Under the pieces are notes generated by a model. The model searched no databases. It saw only the letters and a program-made list of their open reading frames with translations, and had not been told where the DNA came from. From Candidatus Doudnabacteria bacterium (lineage in GTDB: Bacteria > Patescibacteriota > Doudnabacteria > UBA920 > O2-02-FULL-48-8): a stretch of 64,000 nucleotides of DNA. The stretch is taken from NCBI GenBank assembly GCA_019659055.1, contig JAIFWV010000001.1, forward strand, positions 6,123 to 70,122. The letters run 5' to 3'. A program made the position numbers and the translations under genes. Below are positions 1 through 7,729 of the stretch, piece after piece; positions within the stretch are counted from its first letter, which is position 1, and every line of letters begins with the position of its first letter.

Positions 1-64
1 GTACGCGGCGTTGGCTTAAGTTTGAAAACGCAGGCCATCCCCACCTCAACTTCTAGGAGGCTAC

Positions 65-1597
65 ATGAGGCACAACATGCCTTACCAGTTGAGGCCTTTA
101 GGTCACACCTCGGCTTCCGGCCTCAAAGACGCTATTTCGTGCGAAGCCAAGCATGGCTACACACGGAATTGCATTGGCGTGCCGGAATTCCCACAGCCAG
201 TTGCGGCCGTCTACGGAATAGTGTTCCATTTCTTTGCCGAGTATTTGGGGCGGAAATTTTGGAACATTGCCAGCAGAGAAGGGAAGCTTCCCCGTGATGC
301 AGGTCTAAGGGAAAGCAGAAAAGCTGCCAATTTTCTCCGGTGGGTGCTCAAATGCCGGATTGGCCCTCGCGGATACAAAAGAAAGGGAAACCCACCTGTG
401 AAGATACGGTGGTTTTATCCCCGCAAGCAATTACAAATGTCCGACACGGAATACCAGGCCGCCATCAAAGAGAAAATGGGGCAAATGTCTGGAAGCCTCT
501 ATAACGCCATCGAGGCTTACCGTCTGAGCTACACCTTGCCGAACCGCTGTAACGACATGAAGTTCGAATTGCCGTTCAAGGGCGAGACTTTGCGTGTGGT
601 TTTTCCTGACGGACGAATCTTGTTTGTAAAGCTGGACGGTTTCATTGATTGGATTAGGTTTTTTCCATCTGATCAATTCGAAGTTGCAGACTTCAAGACC
701 GGCTGGATCATAGGCAAGTACCGAGACCGTAGTGTAGTTGTGGAAGACATTCAGATGACTATCTACGACTATATTTGCAGAGTGATCTACGATGCCCCGC
801 CCATAAACATGTTCATACAACCTATGGACATACCATCATGGCTGCTCAAAGAGCATGGGCCATACGCCATGCAGAAACTGCGGATACCTATCGAACCTGC
901 CCCGCGAACACAAGAACACTTCGACGACCTTAAGCTTTTGGCCGCGGATGTGTTTGAGATGGCAAATATCGTAGCCGAGGCTCACAAATATACGCAATCG
1001 CAGATCTCCGAATGGGAGCCGCGCTCAAGTTTCGGCAAGAAAGCGGGCTTCGAGCAAAACGTCAGGGAATTGCGGTATATTCCGCGTATCGGTCCTGGGT
1101 GTGAGACGTGCAAATTTATCGGCTTGTGTCAGAGCGACAATGCCCAGGATTGGAAAGACTACGCTGCCAAACACGGAACTTTGGATGCGGAGCCGGTGGA
1201 GGACCCTTTCCTAGTCGAACCCAAGATCGAGGTGGCCCAAGGTCAGCAGAACTTGATTTTTGACCTCAAGCCTAGGAGGTCACGGTACATCGCTAAATCT
1301 GCCAGGCAGATTCGAAATGAGATGCTTGCCAGCAAGCAGTTTGTACCGATCAAGACTTTGCAAAAGACCAAAGATCGTCCGACCGTGACCGGCATGGTGC
1401 CGTTCTTCAACAAGATTCTCGAGTGGATGCGTGAGACTGGGGATTGTCCCTGCCTCAAGCAGAATCTATTCCCGATTCACGTCGCACCCTATCTTCAGGA
1501 ACTTTACTTTGGCAAAATCAGCCTGGCGAAGGTTTTGTCCGAGTGTAAGTGCCAAGAGTGTCCAAGGAGGACACAAAACAAACAAGAAGCAAGTTAG
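65..1597 (+). CDS. PD-(D/E)XK (RecB/Cas4-family) nuclease-domain protein with a CxxCx5C Fe-S cluster motif
   Basis: RBS aggagg lies 6 nt upstream of the ATG. Core nuclease motifs are present: ..VKLDGFIDW.. (Asp), ..EVADFKTG.. (D-x-K) and ..QMTIY.. (QxxxY). A possible upstream Cys sits in ..NRCND.., and the C-terminal GPGCETCKFIGLC gives the CxxCx5C pattern of Cas4/AddB-type nucleases. A further Cys cluster is CPC..CKCQEC. GC is about 55%, above the window background. Confidence 0.6.
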   Translation: MRHNMPYQLRPLGHTSASGLKDAISCEAKHGYTRNCIGVPEFPQPVAAVYGIVFHFFAEYLGRKFWNIASREGKLPRDAGLRESRKAANFLRWVLKCRIGPRGYKRKGNPPVKIRWFYPRKQLQMSDTEYQAAIKEKMGQMSGSLYNAIEAYRLSYTLPNRCNDMKFELPFKGETLRVVFPDGRILFVKLDGFIDWIRFFPSDQFEVADFKTGWIIGKYRDRSVVVEDIQMTIYDYICRVIYDAPPINMFIQPMDIPSWLLKEHGPYAMQKLRIPIEPAPRTQEHFDDLKLLAADVFEMANIVAEAHKYTQSQISEWEPRSSFGKKAGFEQNVRELRYIPRIGPGCETCKFIGLCQSDNAQDWKDYAAKHGTLDAEPVEDPFLVEPKIEVAQGQQNLIFDLKPRRSRYIAKSARQIRNEMLASKQFVPIKTLQKTKDRPTVTGMVPFFNKILEWMRETGDCPCLKQNLFPIHVAPYLQELYFGKISLAKVLSECKCQECPRRTQNKQEAS

Positions 1598-1673
1598 CAA
1601 CTCTGCAGTACTTCCCAGCACTGCAGAGTTTTTTTATTTACGGAATTTGGTATAATGCCAGCCAGGAGGAATT

Positions 1674-2261
1674 ATGGGTTTAGATCATGGAGACGAATTG
1701 GCAAGTCTGAGACTTGTCAGTGATCACGATTTTGTCCGGATGTTGCTCGATACACTTTGGGCGTTCTATGATTCAGGCGGCATATCCTGCGACCGTTCAT
1801 TGCGAGCGTCAGCCGTAGAGGCAGCGCGGAGGCTTCTCCCGGGGGAAGATCCTGCCACAAACAATTTGTCCGAATGCAAATGGTCTCTTGCGGACATTTT
1901 TTACGAGGCCAAAAGCCGCGCTCCGCAGGCTCGCCAGGTTTTCCTATTCCCGGTGACGAAAAACCTTGTTAGCATGCTTGATTCACAACTTGCTGTATTG
2001 ATAATAAAATCCCTCGTGAGGACGTTACATTCGGAGACAGCAATTGACGATGTAGACGCGAACGCGTTTGATCTAAATCTGCTTTACTGGAGCTTGAAAT
2101 TTCTGCCAGCACTTGTAAAGTATCCGAATATTTCCCTGGGAGTCTTACTAGAGGAGGAGCGACGACGCGCACACTGCCGCAGACAGTCGGAGTACAACTA
2201 CATGCAGTCGATCGGATGCGGTGCCTGGCCAACATGTGATTATCCAAACCAGAGATTTTGA
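1674..2261 (+). CDS. hypothetical protein (195 aa)
   Basis: RBS aggagg precedes the ATG. The ORF is long and GC-rich. No family was recognised. Confidence 0.5.
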   Translation: MGLDHGDELASLRLVSDHDFVRMLLDTLWAFYDSGGISCDRSLRASAVEAARRLLPGEDPATNNLSECKWSLADIFYEAKSRAPQARQVFLFPVTKNLVSMLDSQLAVLIIKSLVRTLHSETAIDDVDANAFDLNLLYWSLKFLPALVKYPNISLGVLLEEERRRAHCRRQSEYNYMQSIGCGAWPTCDYPNQRF

Positions 2262-2350
2262 TAAACTCAAGTCTCTGGTTTTTTTATCCAGTTGAACGGT
2301 TATATTTTTAATGATTTAATCTTTTTGTAATTAAAAAGCATACCAAGCTT

Positions 2351-2533
2351 ATGCCAAGAAAATATGGAAAGAAGGCTCAGGCCAAAGTCAAAAACGCCAT
2401 GCATGAAATGAAGCAGGGGAAACTCAGGAGCGGCAATTCCGGCAAGAAAGTCAAAAGCCGCAAGCAGGCGATAGCGATAGGATTATCTGAGGCGAGGAAG
2501 TCCGGGGCCAAGGTCCCGAAGAAGAAAAAATAG
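2351..2533 (+). CDS. small lysine-rich basic protein (about 60 aa conserved-DUF-like)
   Basis: MPRKYGKKAQAKVKNAMHEMKQGKLRSG...SRKQAIAIGLSEARKSGAKVPKKKK. It resembles a widespread small basic DUF family. It is followed by the hairpin gacccggctccat/atggagtcgggtc. Confidence 0.55.
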   Translation: MPRKYGKKAQAKVKNAMHEMKQGKLRSGNSGKKVKSRKQAIAIGLSEARKSGAKVPKKKK

Positions 2534-2838
2534 GACCCGGCTCCATGGGGAATGGAGTCGGGTCAAGCGTGATCAGTGGAAGATGAACCAGACAACCTGC
2601 CTGTGGATGGGGCGAGCATGGATCACGGCACGGATTGGCCGTGTGCGTGATCGTCCCCGTTTGTGTCGGCGGTGGCAGGGCTGGTTTGTGTACGACATTT
2701 CAGCGCGTCCTCCTGCGTGAGAGTTGACCGTGTAAGCCCCTGATAGGCTTGGGTGGTTGCTTATAGCTTAACAATTTGCCTAGAAATCGTCAAAACGGCT
2801 TATTTAAGCCATTTTTTTGTATCTAATTAGCGTAAGCA

Positions 2839-2867
2839 TTGACACGGGAGCAATTCGGTGCTATACT
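2839..2867 (+). promoter_or_regulatory. sigma70-type promoter: TTGACA, 17 nt spacer, TATACT
   Basis: ttgaca is at 2839-2844, the 17-nt spacer cgggagcaattcggtgc follows, and tatact is at 2862-2867. It points into a GC-rich region that lacks a convincing ORF. Confidence 0.5.
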
Positions 2868-2874
2868 TACTCTT

Positions 2875-3150
2875 GTACCAAGGTCCACGGAGGATCTCAC
2901 AACATCTGTCCATGCCACGCGTCTACGAGGGAGGCAGTATGATCCGAGGCTCGCCGACCAGCAGCCCCACCCATGATTCATTGCCGGTCCACTTCACCAC
3001 GACGACGGACAACATCGCGATTCCCGACATCACCGCGGCCGACGCGCGCGGCGCCGGCGGGGCGTAGATCACGCCCGCCGCGAGCCCCAGCGCACCTGGA
3101 GCGTACGACATGAAGGAAATTCCTGACACGTAGGTGTTCAACGCACGTCT
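2875..3150 (+). ncRNA. candidate GC-rich structured RNA or gene remnant between a promoter and an intrinsic terminator
   Basis: GC is about 60% against about 45% background. Short junk ORFs overlap on both strands. The region is bounded by the promoter at 2839-2867 and the terminator at 3152-3189. Confidence 0.25.
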
Positions 3151-3151
3151 G

Positions 3152-3189
3152 GCCGGTTCTCTCTACGAGGACCGGCTTTTTCTTTTTCA
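3152..3189 (+). terminator. rho-independent terminator
   Basis: The hairpin gccggttctc...gaggaccggc is followed by tttttcttttt. Confidence 0.6.
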
Positions 3190-3230
3190 CAAAATTATAT
3201 ATAATGTTTCTGTTATTAATAAAGAAATAA

Positions 3231-3383
3231 ATGCCACATTATGTTTGCCCTTCGTGCGGCAGTATGTCCGAGGGCCCACAAGCCTGCGAGACTGGTGCCT
3301 GTCCTATGATCGGCCGCGAGATGCTCGAGTGCAATTGCACAGATGAACAGCATGGAGAAATCATGGGAAAAGCGGCTGTTTAG
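3231..3383 (+). CDS. small Cys-rich peptide (50 aa), possible zinc-ribbon or metal-binding peptide
   Basis: Manual translation gives MPHYVCPSCGSMSEGPQACETGACPMIGREMLECNCTDEQHGEIMGKAAV, with 7 Cys including a CPxCG knuckle. It falls below the 60-aa ORF track cut-off. The RBS is weak (aaagaaataa). Confidence 0.3.
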   Translation: MPHYVCPSCGSMSEGPQACETGACPMIGREMLECNCTDEQHGEIMGKAAV

Positions 3384-3526
3384 AAGCGATAATCAATTCG
3401 GAGTTTACTCCGGATTTTTTATTTGGCAAACATCCAAAATTTTTTCCAAGATTATAGACATCCGACCGATTGAAACACAACACCGCGTAACAGATAATTA
3501 GTCAGTAATTAAACGAAAGGTCTTTT

Positions 3527-4171
3527 ATGAGAAAACAACTTGCGGCAGGAATAGCAACCGCCAGTTTGATTTTTGGCAGTTTTGTTTTGTTCTCCCTGCC
3601 CGCTACGAATGCAGCCTCGGCGGCTACACTCTCACCTTGGGTCTATGATCCGGGCGCCGCATGCCCAGGAGTTTCTTCGACTGTGAGCGCAACCGGTGCA
3701 TTGACCCTGAGTAAACCTTGTCCGACCCCAACCAACGCCTCAGCCGGAGCACAGATTACCGGACTTGAAGGTCAGTCGACCACTGGCCTGACGCTCAGCT
3801 ACGACGTCGCAGGTTATTGCGGAGCTGGCGCGCCAAGGTTCAACGTTTATCTATCCGATGGTTCAACAGTCTTCCTCGGATGTATATACGGCAATGACGG
3901 TACAGGTCACGTGAGCTTTACAGCCGGAAACACCTACGGCGGGGTTTTATTCCCAACAGGGGCCACAATCACTGGTATCGATATCGTTCAGGACGAAACA
4001 GGGACCACAACTCTTTCAAACATTTCCGTAAACGGCACACCTGTGATGGTGAGTGCGCAGACACTCAAGGATCAATGCAAGAACGGCGGTTGGATGACGA
4101 TGACGGATGCCAGCGGTAACTCATTCAAGAATCAAGGGCAGTGCGTAAGTTACTTCGCCAGACAGAAATAA
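3527..4171 (+). CDS. secreted hypothetical protein with an N-terminal signal peptide
   Basis: A hydrophobic N-terminus ends in an AASAA-type signal peptidase site. The mature part is Gly/Thr-rich with paired Cys. The gene is GC-rich. Confidence 0.6.
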   Translation: MRKQLAAGIATASLIFGSFVLFSLPATNAASAATLSPWVYDPGAACPGVSSTVSATGALTLSKPCPTPTNASAGAQITGLEGQSTTGLTLSYDVAGYCGAGAPRFNVYLSDGSTVFLGCIYGNDGTGHVSFTAGNTYGGVLFPTGATITGIDIVQDETGTTTLSNISVNGTPVMVSAQTLKDQCKNGGWMTMTDASGNSFKNQGQCVSYFARQK

Positions 4172-4192
4172 TTAATCAGAAGGGATAAACTT

Positions 4193-4492
4193 ATGTATAA
4201 ATCACTAGCGATTGGGGTTGGGTTGGCGGTAATTATCTTTGCAACATTTGCGTTTGTCTTCGTGAATTCCGGAGCGCAGGCGGCCTATTGCGACCAGTCG
4301 TCCAACGGCTGTGAACATTCGATGGGCAACACGATTTGCGCCGGACACGGGGCATTTGGGGCCTTTGGAGAGCAGGGTGACGTCTACCATGATTTCCGAG
4401 GTGGTGCCAACGGAGATGCGACTGCGTTCAATAACTCCACTCTCTGCGGCAATCCTCAGGGAGCTGCCGGGGTCCTCGAACCAGCTCTGTAA
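4193..4492 (+). CDS. small secreted Cys-containing protein (99 aa)
   Basis: A signal peptide ends AQA/AY and the mature part has six Cys. A hairpin plus T-run terminator lies at 4510-4538. Confidence 0.55.
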   Translation: MYKSLAIGVGLAVIIFATFAFVFVNSGAQAAYCDQSSNGCEHSMGNTICAGHGAFGAFGEQGDVYHDFRGGANGDATAFNNSTLCGNPQGAAGVLEPAL

Positions 4493-4509
4493 TTTGGTTG
4501 AAATAAACT

Positions 4510-4538
4510 CCGTCCAAACGGGCGGGGTTTTATTTTTT
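4510..4538 (+). terminator. rho-independent terminator
   Basis: The stem ccgtcc (loop aaac) gggcgg is followed by ggttttatttttt. Confidence 0.6.
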
Positions 4539-4571
4539 GTGCTATAGTAGCCGAAAGGAAGGAGGCAGGCA

Positions 4572-4820
4572 ATGACTCTGCCGGCCATCGGTTGGGGACA
4601 CGTGGAGAAGACTGTCTTTGAGCTCGATGCGCTCGAAGGATTGCAGTGCGGCTGCGTTGCAGCAGCCTACACGACTCAGCCCTGGGGTGTTCCAGTAGTA
4701 CTACTGGAGGCCAAAGGCCCTTACTGCATTCTCGCCGGCCACACGAATGGCGAGATCCTGCGAATTGGGGACGCGGACAACGACTCGGAGCAAGAGGACG
4801 ACGATGAAGACGAAGCGTGA
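4572..4820 (+). CDS. small protein with an acidic C-terminal tail (82 aa)
   Basis: A strong RBS aaggagg precedes the ATG. GC is about 58%. The C-terminus reads DADNDSEQEDDDEDEA. Confidence 0.55.
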   Translation: MTLPAIGWGHVEKTVFELDALEGLQCGCVAAAYTTQPWGVPVVLLEAKGPYCILAGHTNGEILRIGDADNDSEQEDDDEDEA

Positions 4821-4930
4821 TGTGAGCATCACATAGCCTGGTTTCAAGCACCGAAAAAAGCTTGGAACCAGGTTTTTCATTTGGCAAAATATACACTGGA
4901 CCCGCGCTCTGTTCCTGCTAAATTAAACTC

Positions 4931-5677
4931 ATGAAAGCTTACGTTGGAACATCGGGCTGGCAATACAAACATTGGAACGCCAGATTCTTTCCGGAAGATC
5001 TTCCCAAGAAAGACTGGTTGCCATTTTTGGCGTCCAAATTCAAAACGGTGGAAGTCAACACGACTTTTTACCACATGGCGCGCGTCTCCACTTTCCAGAA
5101 ATGGAAACAAGAAGTCCCGCCTGGGTTTTTGTTTACTCTCAAATTTTATCGATTGTTCACACATTTCAAGAAACTAAATTTTGAAAAGCAAGACTTAGAA
5201 ACGCTTGAAGCATTTTTTCGGAATGGGGCCAAACTTGGACGTAAGCTTGGCCCGATACTGGTCCAATTTCCGCCAAGCCTCGGCGTGAATTTAGAAAAAC
5301 TAGGATTCTTGCTTTCGGAGGTCCGGAAAATCGAAAAGAAGCTCAAGAAAAAATTTAAAATTGCGTGTGAGTTCCGGCACAAAACTTGGTTTACGGAAGA
5401 AGTGTATGAATTTATGCGCCAGCAGAAAGCAGCGTTTGTTATTACCAATTCTCCGGCTTGGCCCTCGCAAGTAATCAAAACCGCCGATTTCGTGTACATG
5501 CGATTCCATGGCAGGACAAAGCTCTTTGCCTCCAACTATACCGAGAAGGAATTGGAGCAATGGGCCAAGATTCTCAAGGCTTTGAAAGCCAAAGAAGTTT
5601 ATGCCTACTTCAACAACGATGCCAACGCTTACGCCGCCGACAATGCCCAGTACCTCAAGAAGCTTTTAGACTCTTGA
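4931..5677 (+). CDS. DUF72 family protein (YecE-like)
   Basis: GTSGWQYKHWNARFFPEDLPKKDWLPF..KTVEVNTTFYHM matches the DUF72 N-terminal signature. Confidence 0.8.
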   Translation: MKAYVGTSGWQYKHWNARFFPEDLPKKDWLPFLASKFKTVEVNTTFYHMARVSTFQKWKQEVPPGFLFTLKFYRLFTHFKKLNFEKQDLETLEAFFRNGAKLGRKLGPILVQFPPSLGVNLEKLGFLLSEVRKIEKKLKKKFKIACEFRHKTWFTEEVYEFMRQQKAAFVITNSPAWPSQVIKTADFVYMRFHGRTKLFASNYTEKELEQWAKILKALKAKEVYAYFNNDANAYAADNAQYLKKLLDS

Positions 5678-5888
5678 CGCTGGCTGAAAACTGCTATAAA
5701 ATGTATAAACCATTAATAAACAATAGCTTTACTCTATTGCAAGTAAACTAACATGTTCAATAGTCGTAACTACAATTCAATCTCGGACTGGACACCCCAT
5801 ATTGGTGTTTTGGGCATTTCAATTGTCGCGATTTTAGGCTTGGACAGGTTGGTTTCGAAACGAAACTAAAACCTCTCGAATTCTAATA

Positions 5889-5910
5889 CCGCGGCGAACG
5901 CGGTTTTTTT
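5889..5910 (+). terminator. rho-independent terminator
   Basis: The stem ccgcg (loop gcgaa) cgcgg is followed by ttttttt. Confidence 0.55.
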
Positions 5911-5941
5911 GTTTGCACATTTACAATCTACAGGAGGAGAG

Positions 5942-7708
5942 ATGAACAACGAACTCATCCGGAAAATTTTGCAGCTCTATAGGTCCAACAAGAGGTTGCA
6001 AGAAGCTTTTCCAGAATTGAAAGCTCTGGCCCTGAAGTTCTTTGGCTGGCAAACACTTTCCGAATTCAGCCTAGTCGGGCAAGTCTACTTCATCAAGTTT
6101 TACGTAGACGCTGTGACGAATCACGACCTGACTCGTCTTTACAGTCTGCCTGTCGCCGCTTGGTTGATCTACAGAATGGGTTTGTGGCTGCACGAACAGC
6201 AAGACAATTGCAAGAACGATTTCTATATGCGCTTCCGCTCGGTTTTGTGGAGCGAGGCACATCGGAAAGAGTTGACCCTTTCCACGGATTGGCATATTGC
6301 TCATGGTACGGGTGAGAAGGAAGCTATCATCGCCAAGAACACAAACAAAGTCGATGATTTGGTCGATGCGTTTTTGTTCCGGGCATTCCCTTTGACCCTC
6401 CGCCTCGTTCTGACTACTCCGGCCATGTTCCTTCTTGGGGCCAAATACGGATTCCTTGCTCTGGCTACTGTCGCTTCGTACATTTGGCAGCTTAGACGCA
6501 ATGAGCCGCTCGTTTCGCCCATGCATGCGGAATTCAATTCGGATAATAGAAAGCTCGAGCTATTCGGCTCTGAACTCACGCAGAACTGGCGGCCGATTCG
6601 CGCTTTCGGAATCGAAGATTACTTCGCCGATCGGAACGAGCAACTGCTCAGATGGGCCGCAGGCCGGGAGCATACACGGCACCGTGCCTGGCGGAAAATC
6701 ATGCTGAAGCTGGATATCGTGGTAATTACTTACTCCGCAGCATTGTTCGGCGTTGTAATTAACGCCCATGCTTCGGATCTGGGTTCAATCGCTCTGGCGA
6801 TTGCGTGGATGCAGAGGATATATAGTAATTTCTACAATCTTTCTGACTTCCAGCGAAGCCTCTACCATGGTAAACATGCGCTCGGTGAGCTGTTAGACAT
6901 AATGCTCACAGTACCTACAGTGAGACAGTCTGTCGATCCGGTTTGGCCGAAAGAAATTTGCGGGCAAATGGAATTCCGGAACCTCTGTTTTGGTTACCGG
7001 GAAGAATCGCCAATTCTGTCCAACATCAACCTTCGGGTTGAGGCAAACCAGATCGTGGCGCTAATTGGCAAGACCGGCAGCGGCAAGACAACCCTCGCGT
7101 CTTTGGCGCAACGAGAGTTCGACCCGATTCAAGGCTCAATAATGCTCGACGGGTTGGATTTACGGACTTTGGATTTCCGTAGGTATCGGCGTGAGGCGAT
7201 AGCGGTAGTGCATCAACACTCAAGCTTATTTGACGACACTATCGCCAACAACATCACGATTAGTCGCGAGCTGACTCGCATCGAAGAAGACCTGCAGCTG
7301 GCCTGCCGGCAGGCATTTCTGGAAGAATTTCTGGAACGATTGCCGCTGGGACTGGAGACCATGATTGGTGAAAACGGCATTCGCCTGTCGGGGGGACAAA
7401 GACAGCGCATCGCAATCGCCCGAGCCCTCTATCGTAAGCCGAAAATCCTGATCTTGGACGAGCCTACTTCTGCACTTGATCCAGACTCGCAGGCCCAAGT
7501 GCAAAAGGCGATTGACGAGTTGATTCGGCGCCGGACGTGTACGATTTTGATCATCGCTCACAGGTTTAGCACTATAGAAAATGCGGACAAGATCGTTGTT
7601 CTCGATGCGGGCCGGATTGTCGAAATCGGAACGCATGAGGAGCTTTCGCGGAAAAACGGTTTGTATTCGCACTTCAAGAATCTAGAAATGGGAGGAGCAT
7701 TGGTTTGA
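5942..7708 (+). CDS. ABC exporter half-transporter (TMD-NBD fusion)
   Basis: Walker A GKTGSGKTT, signature LSGGQRQRIAIARAL, Walker B ILILDEPTSALD and an IIAHR H-loop are all present. The preferred start is the ATG at 5942 with RBS aggagg; the track ORF starts at a TTG at 5909. Confidence 0.85.
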   Translation: MNNELIRKILQLYRSNKRLQEAFPELKALALKFFGWQTLSEFSLVGQVYFIKFYVDAVTNHDLTRLYSLPVAAWLIYRMGLWLHEQQDNCKNDFYMRFRSVLWSEAHRKELTLSTDWHIAHGTGEKEAIIAKNTNKVDDLVDAFLFRAFPLTLRLVLTTPAMFLLGAKYGFLALATVASYIWQLRRNEPLVSPMHAEFNSDNRKLELFGSELTQNWRPIRAFGIEDYFADRNEQLLRWAAGREHTRHRAWRKIMLKLDIVVITYSAALFGVVINAHASDLGSIALAIAWMQRIYSNFYNLSDFQRSLYHGKHALGELLDIMLTVPTVRQSVDPVWPKEICGQMEFRNLCFGYREESPILSNINLRVEANQIVALIGKTGSGKTTLASLAQREFDPIQGSIMLDGLDLRTLDFRRYRREAIAVVHQHSSLFDDTIANNITISRELTRIEEDLQLACRQAFLEEFLERLPLGLETMIGENGIRLSGGQRQRIAIARALYRKPKILILDEPTSALDPDSQAQVQKAIDELIRRRTCTILIIAHRFSTIENADKIVVLDAGRIVEIGTHEELSRKNGLYSHFKNLEMGGALV

Positions 7709-7729
7709 TACTCCAGGGGTTTACGCCGC

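Noticed and set aside
2535-2564. A hairpin gacccggctccat/atggagtcgggtc after the small basic protein gene.
   Set aside because: It is a strong stem but is not followed by a T-run, so it is not called as a canonical intrinsic terminator. It may still act as an RNA 3' stabiliser.
2923-3141. A 72-codon minus-strand ORF (MNTYVSGISFMSYAPGALGLAAGVIYAPPAP...) lies inside the GC-rich promoter/terminator segment.
   Set aside because: It has no RBS, and a hairpin sits right at its 5' end. It lies antisense to a promoter/terminator pair, and its high GC inflates ORF length. It is at best a gene fragment, not a functional CDS.
2858-3346. Track ORFs 2858..3067 (+), 2978..3190 (-) and 3134..3346 (+).
   Set aside because: They are mutually overlapping, low-complexity Arg/Gly-rich translations of a high-GC segment. 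One runs across a terminator.
5753-5869. A 38-codon ORF (MFNSRNYNSISDWTPHIGVLGISIVAILGLDRLVSKRN) in the DUF72-ABC spacer.
   Set aside because: It has no RBS and sits in AT-rich spacer. It may be real as a small TM peptide, but nothing supports it beyond the open frame.
6071-7672. Several minus-strand ORFs of 65-151 aa lie inside the ABC transporter genes (a similar case is 431..820 inside ORF1).
   Set aside because: They are antisense to genes with strong motif support. They are shadow ORFs.
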